Counted from the stretch's first letter, positions 16,536 to 26,468 are shown. The stretch is DNA of 64,000 bases from Dehalococcoidia bacterium (GCA_965243255.1 CBDEUH010000004.1:2034132-2098131); one strand, 5' to 3'. Made by a program: numbers and translations. The notes: generated from the sequence alone by a model not told the origin.

Positions 16536-17537
16536 TTAGAGGACGTGGTACATCAGGCGGTGGTCGCGCAGCACGTCCGCGGCGAAGTCGTTTTCAACGT
16601 CGCGCCACACCGAATGGATGTGGTTGGCCTCGTTCTGGATGTTGTCGAACTCCACGATGAAGTGCCCGCCGTGGATGCGATAGTAATGGTCCCGACCACG
16701 GTCGAGGCCGCCGGCCCAGACCAGGCGGAAGTCGTCGATGCCGGACTCCCGGATGGCCGCCATGCGCTGCTCGGCGATGGGCGCCGGCACGCCGTTGACG
16801 TACTCGGAGATGAGCGTCATCAGGATTTCCTGCTGCGTGCCGTTCATGTCCCGCGCGGCCAGGCCCTCGTCGTTATGGACCGGCTGCTTGCTGGTGTTGT
16901 AGCCCAGGATGTCCCAGGGCGCCTTGTCGTGGATGACCGCCTTGCTGCGCTGCCCGGCGTCCAGAGAGCCAATCAGCTCGATGGCCAGGTCCTCGCGCTG
17001 ACCCAGGATGCGCAGCCCTTCCTTGGGGCCCTTGCGAACCTCGGCCGGGTTGGCGCCCAGGAAGAAAGGCGTTACGGCGATGACCTGGTCGCCCCAGACG
17101 CTGTAATGGACGGACAGGTGGTGTCCTTCCACGCGCCAGCCCCAGGGGTCGGCCCGGCCGGGATCGCCGAACACCGTCCAGTAGTAAAGCTCTGGATCGC
17201 GGGAGAAGGTAACCTGTCCCCATTCGGCTTCGAGGGGGCCGAGGACGAGTTCGTGCTGGATGATGAGGTTGGCCTGCCGGTTGGTGTCGTCGGTCAGGCC
17301 GGTGGCCAGCAGCTCCAGGGCCAGCGTCCGCTGCGGCTCGGTCATATCGCGCAGGGGCAGGCCGTGGCGATTCAGCGGGGGGTAGTACCAGAAGATGCGC
17401 TCGCCGTCCAGGTAGTGATACGTCGCCTTGTCGCGCTGGGCGCTGTCCAGGCTGGCGACCCAGCGGCGGGCCGAGTCCACCATGGCCGCGGCCACCTTGG
17501 CGTGGGGATGGGTGTAACGTCCGGCTTCGGTAGTCAT
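16536..17537 (-). CDS. DUF3500 domain protein (paralogue 1)
   Basis: 333 aa. 'FWYYPPLNRHGLPLRDM', 'WRVEGHHLSVHYSVWGD' and 'ANHIHSVWRD' are present. It aligns end-to-end with the protein at 39667-40674. Confidence 0.72.
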   Translation of the reverse strand: MTTEAGRYTHPHAKVAAAMVDSARRWVASLDSAQRDKATYHYLDGERIFWYYPPLNRHGLPLRDMTEPQRTLALELLATGLTDDTNRQANLIIQHELVLGPLEAEWGQVTFSRDPELYYWTVFGDPGRADPWGWRVEGHHLSVHYSVWGDQVIAVTPFFLGANPAEVRKGPKEGLRILGQREDLAIELIGSLDAGQRSKAVIHDKAPWDILGYNTSKQPVHNDEGLAARDMNGTQQEILMTLISEYVNGVPAPIAEQRMAAIRESGIDDFRLVWAGGLDRGRDHYYRIHGGHFIVEFDNIQNEANHIHSVWRDVENDFAADVLRDHRLMYHVL

Positions 17538-17581
17538 CGCAGATCTGCTCCTGAAAATCGCTGTAGGTTACGAATGTCGGC

Positions 17582-17611
17582 AGTGTATTGGCGTGCGGCG
17601 CACGGTGTCAA
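17582..17611 (-). promoter_or_regulatory. sigma70-type promoter of DUF3500 paralogue 1
   Basis: On the minus strand: TTGACA (17611-17606), 18 nt, TACACT (17587-17582). Confidence 0.5.
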
Positions 17612-17623
17612 GAAACGCTGCGC

Positions 17624-18457
17624 CTACGCCCGCCGCTCCAGGTTGCGTATCGCTTCCTCGATCCGCCGCACCTGCTCGGCGTCGCCGGACGACAGGCGAT
17701 AGCAACGGTCCAGGTACAGCTGCGCCAGCTGCACCGAGGCCGCGCTGGTCTCGCTGGCCGCCGCCACCAGCGCGCTGATGCTGTACTCGTCGGGCAGATG
17801 CCGCCCCAGCGCGGTCATCTCGGCGGTGATATCCGTAATGGCCGTGGCGTCGTTTCCTTCCTGGGCAAAGCGTAAGCGTCCCAACAGCCGGCCCATCTCG
17901 GCCAGGCGGTCGCCCTCGCTCATAAAACTCCACAGCACTTCGTTGACGCCCAGTCCGGCGGTGTCCTCATCGGCCAACGTGCCAGCGACGGACGCGTCGT
18001 CCGGGCCGGGCAGCGGCCTGGCGGCCTCCTCCGTCGGGACAGCGGAGACGCCGGCCCCCGCCGCCTTGGCCGCCTCGTTCCAGGCATCTGCGTATTCCTG
18101 CACGGCGCCGGCTACCGACTCCATCATCCGGGCCAGATCGTAGGAGAACATATTGCCGCCGTACACGAGGTCGTCGTTGCGGAGGTTCGCCAGCCTGACC
18201 AGCCGGTCGTAGCCACCCTCCACCAGTTCGGACATAGGAGGCATGGCAAAAGCGGCGAAATTGGCCAGCGGGCCCGAGTCGCTGCTGCCCAGGTGGGCTG
18301 CCAGGAACGGCGGTACGTATTTGGTCAGGTCGGCAGTGATGGGCAGCGTAACGATGTAGGTGCCGTACACGTGGTCCGGTTCAGTATCCACCCGAAAGTA
18401 GAGCAGGGCGTGGCCCCGGGGCCGCATTGGATCGCCAATTTCAAACTGAATCGTCAT
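17624..18457 (-). CDS. hypothetical protein (277 aa)
   Basis: Long ORF with host-like composition and an ATG at 18457. No family recognised. The promoter position implies a leaderless mRNA. Confidence 0.6.
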   Translation of the reverse strand: MTIQFEIGDPMRPRGHALLYFRVDTEPDHVYGTYIVTLPITADLTKYVPPFLAAHLGSSDSGPLANFAAFAMPPMSELVEGGYDRLVRLANLRNDDLVYGGNMFSYDLARMMESVAGAVQEYADAWNEAAKAAGAGVSAVPTEEAARPLPGPDDASVAGTLADEDTAGLGVNEVLWSFMSEGDRLAEMGRLLGRLRFAQEGNDATAITDITAEMTALGRHLPDEYSISALVAAASETSAASVQLAQLYLDRCYRLSSGDAEQVRRIEEAIRNLERRA

Positions 18458-18463
18458 GTGTTG

Positions 18464-18492
18464 AGTATAGATTAGGTTGGCGGCAATGGCAA
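18464..18492 (-). promoter_or_regulatory. sigma70-type promoter giving a leaderless transcript
   Basis: On the minus strand: TTGCCA (18492-18487), 17 nt, TATACT (18469-18464), then only 6 nt before ATG (18457). No Shine-Dalgarno sequence. Confidence 0.5.
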
Positions 18493-18621
18493 AAGGCTGC
18501 CCTCTGGTTGTTTTCTAAAAATTGGTGACATTTGCCTGTTGTGCACAAACGTTCTAGACTGATACGGTGCAAGTACGTCGCTATGCGGCGGCGAAATTTA
18601 CACCACCGAGGTAGTAACACC

Positions 18622-20154
18622 ATGCTGGCAACCGCCCAAACTTGCGCCGTCACCGGTCTGGACGGACAGATTATTCAGGCCGAAACCGACATCTCCCCCG
18701 GCCTGCCGGCTTTTCACATCGTCGGCCTGCCCGACACCGCCGTGCAGGAAGCCAAGGAGCGCGTCCGCGCCGCCGTGCGCAATAGCGGGTGTGAGTTCCC
18801 CATGCGCCGCATCACCGTGAACCTGGCGCCTGCCGACCTGAAGAAGGCCGGGCCGGCCTACGACCTCCCCATCGCCGTCGGCATCCTGTTCAGCACGGGC
18901 CAGGCCCTTCCGCCCCTGGAGCCGACCATCTTCCTGGGGGAGCTGTCCCTGGACGGCGGCTTGCGCCACACCGCCGGCATCCTGCCCATGGTCTGGGTGG
19001 CCCGCGAGCAGGGCATTCGCTCCGTATTCGTGCCGGCGGTGGACGCCGCCGAGGCCGCCCTGGTGGAGGGTTTGCAGGTCTATCCGGTGGCGACGCTGGC
19101 CCAGCTGCTGGCCCATCTGCACGGCGACGCGCTCATCGAACCCTTCCCGCACAGCGGCGTTTATCTCAACGGCAACCGAAATCCACCCGAAAATACCGAC
19201 CTGGCCCACATCCGAGGGCAGGACCATGCCAAACGCGCCCTGGAAGTGGCCGCCGCCGGCTTTCACAACATCCTGTTCAGCGGGCCGCCCGGGTCCGGCA
19301 AGACCCTGCTGGCCCGCACCTTGCCCGGCATCCTGCCCTACATGACGCCGGACGAAGCCCTGGACGTAACCAAGATTTACAGCGTCAGCGGCAACCTCCC
19401 TCCCGACAGTCCGCTGATCGCCCAGCGGCCCTTCCGCGCGCCCCATTACACCATCTCCAACGCCGGACTGGTCGGTGGCGGACGGCTGGCCCGGCCCGGC
19501 GAAATCACCCTGAGCCATCGGGGAGTGCTGTTCCTGGACGAACTGCCCGAGTTCGGCCACGCCGCGCTGGAATCCCTGCGCCAGCCCCTGGAAGACAAGA
19601 CCGTCACCATCACCCGGGTCAGCGGCACGGTAACCTATCCCTCCAGTTTCATGCTGGTCGCGGCCATGAACCCCTGCCCCTGCGGATACGCTTCCCATCC
19701 GCGCAAGCAGTGCGTCTGCAGTCCGTCGTCGGTGGCCCGCTACCGCCGGCGCATCAGCGGGCCCATGCTGGAACGCATCGACATCTTCGTGGAAGTACCT
19801 CCGGTGGAGTACGACAGCCTGCTGGAACGGAGCGGAGCCGAACCGTCGGCGGCCGTGCGGGACCGGGTCGCCGCCGCCCGCGCCGTGCAGGAATCACGCT
19901 TCGCCCAGGGCGGCCAGACGCCCTCGCTGACCAACGCCGAGATGTCCGGTTCCAAGATCTGGGACTACTGCAACCTGCAGGATGACGCCGAGACCTTGCT
20001 GCAGCGCGCCTCGCAGCAGCTGGACCTGTCCGCCCGCGCCCTGCATCGGGTGGTCAAGGTGGCTCGCACGGTGGCCGACCTGGCCGGCGCCGACCAGATC
20101 GGTCCGGCGCACCTGGCGGAAGCGCTGCAATACCGCGCCCGGGGCCTCGGCTGA
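18622..20154 (+). CDS. comM: YifB/ComM family Mg-chelatase-like AAA+ ATPase
   Basis: 510 aa from ATG 18622. Lon-like N-terminal domain 'HIVGLPDTAVQEAKERVRAAV', Walker A 'GPPGSGKT', and 'LFLDELPEF'. Confidence 0.92.
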   Translation: MLATAQTCAVTGLDGQIIQAETDISPGLPAFHIVGLPDTAVQEAKERVRAAVRNSGCEFPMRRITVNLAPADLKKAGPAYDLPIAVGILFSTGQALPPLEPTIFLGELSLDGGLRHTAGILPMVWVAREQGIRSVFVPAVDAAEAALVEGLQVYPVATLAQLLAHLHGDALIEPFPHSGVYLNGNRNPPENTDLAHIRGQDHAKRALEVAAAGFHNILFSGPPGSGKTLLARTLPGILPYMTPDEALDVTKIYSVSGNLPPDSPLIAQRPFRAPHYTISNAGLVGGGRLARPGEITLSHRGVLFLDELPEFGHAALESLRQPLEDKTVTITRVSGTVTYPSSFMLVAAMNPCPCGYASHPRKQCVCSPSSVARYRRRISGPMLERIDIFVEVPPVEYDSLLERSGAEPSAAVRDRVAAARAVQESRFAQGGQTPSLTNAEMSGSKIWDYCNLQDDAETLLQRASQQLDLSARALHRVVKVARTVADLAGADQIGPAHLAEALQYRARGLG

Positions 20155-20207
20155 CGGCGCTTGGCCGCCGCTCCTCCCTTGCCCAATCTTATGCAAACGG
20201 ATAGCAT

Positions 20208-20705
20208 ATGACCAACCGAAGCCGGAATGACGACGATGCCGCCTGGGTGTCCCTCTTCAGCGTCCCGCTGCACCGCATCAGGCCGCACTTCTGGACCTTC
20301 AGCGCGTGCTTTGTCGCCACGCTGATTTTCTACATCGTTGTCCACACGATAACTATTGAAAACGCCACCTGGCGTCAGACACCGTCGCTGGTGATGACCG
20401 ATACGGCGCGCGCCGGCGCGTTCTGGCTCTTCGCCAGCCCCATCCTACTGGAGGTAGCCGTTATGGTATTCGCCGCATTGTACCGTTACGAAAAACGGCA
20501 GGAAGATCTAGCCAAGGGCCGCGAAGAGGGCATCGCTAAGGGCCGTGAGGAGGGCATCGCCGAAGCCGACGCCGCCTGGCGCGCCTGGAACGACCGCCGC
20601 CTGGCCGCCGAGGCCAAAGGCGAACCCTTCAGCGAGCCGACGCCCGACGTTATCGATGAACCCGCCGGCGGCGCGTCGGACTCGGCAGCGCAAACGCCCA
20701 CCTGA
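20208..20705 (+). CDS. hypothetical membrane protein with charged repeat tail
   Basis: 165 aa, two hydrophobic segments, then 'AKGREEGIAKGREEGIAEA'. Confidence 0.5.
   Translation: MTNRSRNDDDAAWVSLFSVPLHRIRPHFWTFSACFVATLIFYIVVHTITIENATWRQTPSLVMTDTARAGAFWLFASPILLEVAVMVFAALYRYEKRQEDLAKGREEGIAKGREEGIAEADAAWRAWNDRRLAAEAKGEPFSEPTPDVIDEPAGGASDSAAQTPT
20511..20558 (+). repeat. in-frame tandem repeat, 2 x 24 nt
   Basis: 'gccaagggccgcgaagagggcatc' and 'gctaagggccgtgaggagggcatc' encode AKGREEGI twice. Confidence 0.85.
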
Positions 20706-20730
20706 CGGATTGGGCGAAACCGTCTATAAT
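20702..20730 (+). promoter_or_regulatory. sigma70-type promoter of the amidohydrolase-VOC operon
   Basis: CTGACG (20702-07), 17 nt, TATAAT (20725-30). Confidence 0.45.
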
Positions 20731-20800
20731 CCAGGCCAATTTGCGGCTATGCCACTTCCGTAAGCAACCGGCAGCCGCGCCGACGAGGAGACGGCATCTA

Positions 20801-21772
20801 ATGGCAGTACGAGTCCTGGACGTTCATGCTCATATCACACCGGCCAGCGCCCTGCGGGCCATGCAGAGCGGAGACAACTGGTTCGGAATCAGCGCTCCCG
20901 CCCTCTACAACCAGCACCGCTACAACCCGCGCACCTTCTGGACGCCGGAGCAGCGGATCGCCGATATGCAGTCCCTCGGCGTGGACTTGCACGTCCTGTC
21001 CAGCAACGCCAGCCTCTACTTTTACGACCTGGACACCGACCAGACCATGGCCATGCACCGGGAGTGCAACGACTACGTCGCCCAACTCAGCCAGGAGTAC
21101 CCCGACCGGTTCGCCGGCCTGGCCCACCTGCCCATGCAGGACGTTGGCGGCGCCATTGAGGAACTCACCCGCGCCGTGGAGCAGCTGGGACTGAAAGGCG
21201 CCATGATCGGCGACCAGGTCAACGGGCGCACGTTTGACGATCCTTACTTCAACCCGCTGTGGGCCACTGCGGAGCGTCTCGGCGCCATGTTCCTCATCCA
21301 CCAGGGCGGCGACACGGTGATTTCTTCCCGGCTGGACCGCTACCATCTGCCCAACACCATCGGCAATCTGGCCGACCGGGCCGTAACGTTCGCCGCTTTC
21401 GTATTCGGCGGCGTGATGGACCGCTACCCCGACCTCAAAATCTGCCTCTGCCACGGCGGCGGCTACGCCTGCTACGGCATCGGACGCATGGACCGGGGCT
21501 GGCAGGTTCGCCCCGAGGCCCGCGTGAACATCGACCAGCCGCCCAGCGCGTACCTCAATCGCTTTTACTACGACTGCCTCACCCACAGCGAGGAGGGTCT
21601 GCGCATGCTCATCGACATGGTCGGCATTGACCAGGTCGTCTTCGGCACCGACTGGCCCTTCGATATGTGCGCCGACTGGCCGGTGTCCTGGCTGCTCGGC
21701 CTGGAAAGCCTTTCCCGGGACGAAAAAGACGCCATCCTCTTCGCCAACCTCGAACGCCTCCTCAACATCTAA
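20801..21772 (+). CDS. amidohydrolase-2 family protein (ACMSD-like metal-dependent hydrolase/decarboxylase)
   Basis: 323 aa from ATG 20801 with a GAGGAG RBS. 'VLDVHAHI', 'LCHGGG' and 'VVFGTDWPF' are metal-ligand motifs. Confidence 0.78.
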   Translation: MAVRVLDVHAHITPASALRAMQSGDNWFGISAPALYNQHRYNPRTFWTPEQRIADMQSLGVDLHVLSSNASLYFYDLDTDQTMAMHRECNDYVAQLSQEYPDRFAGLAHLPMQDVGGAIEELTRAVEQLGLKGAMIGDQVNGRTFDDPYFNPLWATAERLGAMFLIHQGGDTVISSRLDRYHLPNTIGNLADRAVTFAAFVFGGVMDRYPDLKICLCHGGGYACYGIGRMDRGWQVRPEARVNIDQPPSAYLNRFYYDCLTHSEEGLRMLIDMVGIDQVVFGTDWPFDMCADWPVSWLLGLESLSRDEKDAILFANLERLLNI

Positions 21773-21799
21773 CCCACCCCAAACCGGAGGGAAAACCCC

Positions 21800-22195
21800 A
21801 TGGGACTCATCGCCGACAACATCCGCCTCAAGGCCATCAACCACATCACGTACAACGTCCGGGACAAGGACATCGCCCTCAAGTGGTATCAGGAAGTGCT
21901 GGGCGTGATGCAGATTCCCAAGATGGTGGACAACGACAACCTCTATTGGCTGCAGCTGCCCAGTGGCGCTATGGTGCACATCATCGAAAACCCCGACGCC
22001 CCCTCGGCCCCGTCCCATCACACCGCCTTTGAGGTGGACGACATCTCGGCCGCCCGGGACGAACTGCAGAACATTGGCGTGGAATGCACCGACATCCAGA
22101 CCCGGCACGACGGGCAGCAGGCCTTCTACTTCCACGACCCCGACCACAACCGCCTGGAAATCTGCACCAAGTCCGGCTTCGGGGTGCTGGTCTAA
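21800..22195 (+). CDS. VOC family protein (glyoxalase fold)
   Basis: 131 aa. 'INHITYNVRDKDIALKWYQEVLG' and 'FYFHDPDHNRLEI'. Confidence 0.78.
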   Translation: MGLIADNIRLKAINHITYNVRDKDIALKWYQEVLGVMQIPKMVDNDNLYWLQLPSGAMVHIIENPDAPSAPSHHTAFEVDDISAARDELQNIGVECTDIQTRHDGQQAFYFHDPDHNRLEICTKSGFGVLV

Positions 22196-22199
22196 CCCC

Positions 22200-22514
22200 C
22201 TACGGCCGGCCCATGGAATACCGGTTCAGTATCCCCAGGTAGGCCCGCTGGCCCTCAACCGCAATCGCCGTCCGGTCGGCCAGGTACTCCGCCCAAACCG
22301 ATTGCGACAACGCCGTGGCCTTGCCCGAGGGCGAATAGGGGTTGGCCGGGTCCAGCCCGGCAAACCCCTGCATTCGCGCGCCGATGGACTTCGCGCTGCG
22401 CTCCAGGGCGGACGCCAACGCCAGCACTTCGCGGCTGTCGTGCGCCACCTTGCCCCGGTAGAGGTGCAGCACCGCCAGGTCTTCCAGGCGGGTCCATTTG
22501 CGCCCTGCCGGCAT
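22200..22514 (-). CDS. hypothetical protein (104 aa)
   Basis: The ATG is 7 nt after the stop of the GMC gene. 'KWTRLEDLAVLHLY' is a SANT/Myb-like start that I have seen at N-termini of some nuclease-associated proteins. No firm family. Confidence 0.45.
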   Translation of the reverse strand: MPAGRKWTRLEDLAVLHLYRGKVAHDSREVLALASALERSAKSIGARMQGFAGLDPANPYSPSGKATALSQSVWAEYLADRTAIAVEGQRAYLGILNRYSMGRP

Positions 22515-22521
22515 CGCGCCG

Positions 22522-24072
22522 TTACCGGCCTTCCTTGATGAACTCGGCGACCCGCTCGCCGATGGTCATGGACGTTACGTTGGTGTTGGCGCGGATGCAG
22601 TCGGGCATCACGCTGGCGTCGGCGACGCGCAGGTTGCTAACGCCCTTGACGTGTCCGTACTGGTCCACCACCGCCATGGGGTCGCTGTCCGGCCCCATCT
22701 TGCAGGTGCCAGATATGTGCTGCGACGTGGTAACTTCCCGGGCGACCCAGGCGTCCAGGGCCTCGTCGCTGACCAACGCGTCCGCTGGTGGCTCAATGCA
22801 CTCCTGGATAAGCGCCTCGAACTGAGGGTGCTCCGCCAGCTGCATGCACAGGCGCACCGAATCCCGCAGCCGCACCCGGTCCGACTCCTCCTTCAGGTAG
22901 TTGTAGTCCAGGAAGGGCTGCTGGTAGGGGTCGGTGGACTGCAAGCGCATCTGTCCCGCTCCGGCCGCCAGCTGGATGCCGGTGCTCATGCGGATGCCCA
23001 ACGGCACCATGCGGTCTCCGCCCCGGTTGATGCGCTCGGTGGCAAAGGACTGCATGCTGATCTTCATGTCGTTGCGCAGGTCGGAGCCGTCGGCGGTGTA
23101 GCGCAGGCACAGCTGCGAGCGCGGCGCCAGGCCGTCCAGCTCAACCTCGGGCTTGGTGCGCCAGGTGCACCAGACGGTGGGATGGTCGCGCAGGTTCTGG
23201 CCGACGCCCGGCGAGTCGTGCACCACCGGAATCCCCATCTCCCGCAGGTGTTCCGCCGGCCCGATGCCTGACAGCATCAGGATGTGGGGCGAGCCAATGG
23301 CACCGCTGCTCAGGACAATCTCGTCACCCTCGGCCACGAAGGTCTCGCCGCCCGATTCCAGCTGCACGCCGGTGGCCCGGTCGCCGTCGAACAGGATGCG
23401 ATGCACGTGGCAGTTGGCCTTGATGGTCAGGTTCAGCCGGTGCCGCGACTCGGACAGGTAGCCCAGGTTGGTGCTCATGCGGATGCCGTTGGGGTTGTTG
23501 AATGGCGTCGGCCCCACGCCGTAGGAATCGGGATGGTTGTGGTCCCAGGTTTCCGGGTAGCCAGCGGCCACACACGCCGCGTTGAAGGCGTTCTGCGCTG
23601 GCAGCCACGACTCCCGGGCGAAACGGTGCATCACGATGGGGCCCTCGCCGCCGTGGAAGTCGTCGTTGCCGTAGTCGGTATCGGTCTCGATGCGTCGGAA
23701 AATGGGCAGCAGCTTGGTGTACGACCACTCATCGTTGCCCTCGGCGGCCCAGCCGTCGTAGTCTTCCGGCACGCCACGCAGGAACACCTGCCCGTTGATG
23801 GCGCTGGAGCCGCCGGTTACCTTGCCCCGGGGCACCATGATCTCCGGCGAAGTGTCCGTGCCCTTGCCCACAAACTGCCAGTTGTGGTCGCTGACCATGA
23901 TGTCAATCTCGGTGTTGTAACCGAACTTGACCTCTTCCGGCAGATGTTCAAACTCAGGATAGTCCGGCCCGGCCTCAATCAGCAGCACGTGCTTGCTGTG
24001 GTCTTCGGTCAGCCGGCTGGCGATAATGGAGCCGGCCGAACCGGCCCCGATGACGATATAATCGTACTTCAT
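22522..24072 (-). CDS. GMC family oxidoreductase (choline dehydrogenase-like)
   Basis: 'YDYIVIGAGSAGS' is the FAD motif. 'GGSSAINGQVFLRG' is present, as is the C-terminal 'HISGTCKMG..NLRVADASVMP'. Confidence 0.92.
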   Translation of the reverse strand: MKYDYIVIGAGSAGSIIASRLTEDHSKHVLLIEAGPDYPEFEHLPEEVKFGYNTEIDIMVSDHNWQFVGKGTDTSPEIMVPRGKVTGGSSAINGQVFLRGVPEDYDGWAAEGNDEWSYTKLLPIFRRIETDTDYGNDDFHGGEGPIVMHRFARESWLPAQNAFNAACVAAGYPETWDHNHPDSYGVGPTPFNNPNGIRMSTNLGYLSESRHRLNLTIKANCHVHRILFDGDRATGVQLESGGETFVAEGDEIVLSSGAIGSPHILMLSGIGPAEHLREMGIPVVHDSPGVGQNLRDHPTVWCTWRTKPEVELDGLAPRSQLCLRYTADGSDLRNDMKISMQSFATERINRGGDRMVPLGIRMSTGIQLAAGAGQMRLQSTDPYQQPFLDYNYLKEESDRVRLRDSVRLCMQLAEHPQFEALIQECIEPPADALVSDEALDAWVAREVTTSQHISGTCKMGPDSDPMAVVDQYGHVKGVSNLRVADASVMPDCIRANTNVTSMTIGERVAEFIKEGR

Positions 24073-24233
24073 TAGGATGCGCTCCTCGCCCCGCCGGGTC
24101 GGGCGCGCTGGGCTAACCTTCCGGCGGCGTTGATTCAGCCGTCATAATATACGGGGCGCAGTAACGGCGCAAGCGCACCGTTGACCAGGCGCCGATATAC
24201 TCATGCACTGCGTGGACGAGCCAAGGAGGCCCA

Positions 24234-24488
24234 ATGCGGAAAGTTGGCAAAGCCGTCGGCGTCTTGCTCGTTTACGCAATATGCTGGGTGGCGTCATTGG
24301 CGGTGATGCTGGTCGGCGGGTATATCGTCGCCGTTGGCACGCCATGCCTCTGCGCCGATGTGAACGGTTTCCTGCTGGGCGGCGGCCTGGTCATCATCGT
24401 GTGCGGCGCCGCGATGCTGCTCTGGTCGCGAGATATAGCCCGCCTACTCATCAATAGGGTGGGCCACCTGGCGGGCCGGGGAACCTAG
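24234..24488 (+). CDS. small hypothetical membrane protein
   Basis: 84 aa, two hydrophobic helices, AAGGAGG RBS before the ATG. Confidence 0.4.
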   Translation: MRKVGKAVGVLLVYAICWVASLAVMLVGGYIVAVGTPCLCADVNGFLLGGGLVIIVCGAAMLLWSRDIARLLINRVGHLAGRGT

Positions 24489-24530
24489 GGGCCCGGGCGC
24501 GGTTGGGACCCTGCTTGCCTTCCGGTTGAA

Positions 24531-25433
24531 CTAAAGCTGTCGCAGCCTGGGGTCCAAACGGTCCCGGAGCCAGTCTCCAAACAGGTTGAAGGCGGTAACG
24601 ACCATAGTTATCGCGATACCGGGGATGATGGAGATCCACCAGGCGGTAGCGACTTTGGCCCGTCCATCGGCGACCATCTGCCCCCAGGAGGGCGTTGGCG
24701 GCGGGATGCCCGCACCCAGGAAGCTGAGGGAGGCTTCGGTCAGAATCACCAGCCCGACGTGCAGGGTCAACATCACCATGAAGGAGTTGAACACATTGGG
24801 CATGATGTGAATGAACATGATGCGAAGGTCGGAACAGCCGTGAACGCGGGCCAGTTCCACATAGTCGCTGGTTTTGAGTCCCAGCACCTCGCCCCTGGTT
24901 ACTCGGGCAAACCTGGCCCATAGAATGAGGGTTACGGCCAGGACCACCGTTTGCAAGCCCTGGCCCATGGTGACGGCCAGCAATAAGGCAAAGAGGATAG
25001 TGGGGAAGGCAAGGGTGGCATCGACGGCCCGCATGATAAGGGTGTCCGTTTTGCCGCCGGCATAACCGGAAAGCAGCCCCAGGACGCCGCCGATGGCGCC
25101 GCCGGCCAGGAGGGCAGCGAAGGCAACGATGAGGCTGACCCGGGCGCCATAAATCAGCCGGCTGAGAATATCCCGGCCCAGAATATCGGTGCCCAGCAGG
25201 TGCTCAGGCGTGCCACGTTCCTGCCAGGCCGGAGGGCGGAGTTTGTCGCGCAGCGACTGCTTGGTGGGCGAGTGAGGGGCAATCAACGGGGCGAAGAGCG
25301 CCGCGAACACGATGAGCAAGATGATGATCAGCGGAATCCAGGGCAGCTGCTTGAGCTCATGCCTCAACTGCCCCTGTCGCTCGGTGGACAGGCGCGGCAT
25401 CGGCAGGCTGATATTCATACGGCCGCCAACCAT
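24531..25433 (-). CDS. peptide/nickel-type ABC transporter permease (DppC/OppC-like)
   Basis: 300 aa. 'HLLGTDILGRDILSRLIYGARVSL' is the hallmark. Confidence 0.88.
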   Translation of the reverse strand: MVGGRMNISLPMPRLSTERQGQLRHELKQLPWIPLIIILLIVFAALFAPLIAPHSPTKQSLRDKLRPPAWQERGTPEHLLGTDILGRDILSRLIYGARVSLIVAFAALLAGGAIGGVLGLLSGYAGGKTDTLIMRAVDATLAFPTILFALLLAVTMGQGLQTVVLAVTLILWARFARVTRGEVLGLKTSDYVELARVHGCSDLRIMFIHIMPNVFNSFMVMLTLHVGLVILTEASLSFLGAGIPPPTPSWGQMVADGRAKVATAWWISIIPGIAITMVVTAFNLFGDWLRDRLDPRLRQL

Positions 25434-25440
25434 TTCTCTC

Positions 25441-26358
25441 CTAGTCGTACCGTATCCTGGGATTCAGGTAGGCATAGAGTATATCAACCACGAGATTCAC
25501 GCCCAGGATGATCACCGCATCCAGCAGTATCACGGCCTGGAGCAGGGGGAAATCCCGCTGCGCCACTGCGTCGATGGTAAGGCGGCCAATGCCAGGCCAG
25601 GCAAATACCGTCTCGGTTACGATGGCGCCGGTGACGAATCCGCCCACAAAAACGCCAAACAGCGTAAGCACCGGGATCAGCGCGTTGCGCAGGCAGTGCT
25701 TCCAGAATATCTTCCACTCCTGCAACCCCTTGATGCGGGCCAGCTTGACGTACTCGGTATCCAGCACTTCCAGCATACTGGAGCGGATCAGCCGCATCAT
25801 ACCCGCGATGGAAAAAGTGCCCAACGTGAATGCGGGCAGGATGTAATGGGTAGGCCCGCCCATGCGGCCGGGGGGCAAAATATCCAGCCAGACGCTGAAG
25901 ATATAGATGCAAACGATAGCAATCCAAAAGTTGGGAGTGGCCACTCCGAACACGCCAATGGCGCCGGCCACCTGGTCGATCCATCGGCCCCGGTTGACAG
26001 CTGCCACTACTCCCAAGGGAATGGCGACGCCAACCGCAATGGCCATAGACAAGGGCAGCAACTTGAGGGTATTGGGCAGCCGTTCAAAGAAAAGCTCGGC
26101 TGCCGGCTTCTTATAGACGAGTGAATCGCCGAAGTCGCCGCGGACGATTCCAGTGAGAAACACGAAGAGCTGGACGTGGTACGGCCGATCGAGCCCCAGG
26201 TTCCTCTCGATGAATTGGCGCTCTTCCTCGGTGGCGTCTTCGGGCACCATGAGGTCCGCCGGATTTCCGGTTGCCCGGGCCAGGGCGAACACGATCAGTG
26301 CGACGATGAAAAGCAGGACGATGCCCTGCAAAAGCCGGTTGAGGATGTATTTCTGCAA
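25441..26358 (-). CDS. peptide/nickel-type ABC transporter permease (DppB/OppB-like)
   Basis: 305 aa with a TTG start. 'QKYILNRLLQGIVLLF' at the N-terminus and 'YVKLARIKGL' as the EAA-loop region. Confidence 0.88.
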   Translation of the reverse strand: MQKYILNRLLQGIVLLFIVALIVFALARATGNPADLMVPEDATEEERQFIERNLGLDRPYHVQLFVFLTGIVRGDFGDSLVYKKPAAELFFERLPNTLKLLPLSMAIAVGVAIPLGVVAAVNRGRWIDQVAGAIGVFGVATPNFWIAIVCIYIFSVWLDILPPGRMGGPTHYILPAFTLGTFSIAGMMRLIRSSMLEVLDTEYVKLARIKGLQEWKIFWKHCLRNALIPVLTLFGVFVGGFVTGAIVTETVFAWPGIGRLTIDAVAQRDFPLLQAVILLDAVIILGVNLVVDILYAYLNPRIRYD

Positions 26359-26438
26359 ATCCCCGACCTCAAGGACTGGTTCGCGTCAGGTGGTTCACTC
26401 GGTTCCCGACGCGACCGAGAAGATTGGGTGAAGTTGAT

Positions 26439-26468
26439 TTCGGTGTTCGGGGCGCCCCGAACACCGAA
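26439..26468 (-). other. 30-nt perfect palindrome (intercistronic hairpin between the SBP and permease genes)
   Basis: ttcggtgttcggggc|gccccgaacaccgaa. No U-tract. Confidence 0.6.
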
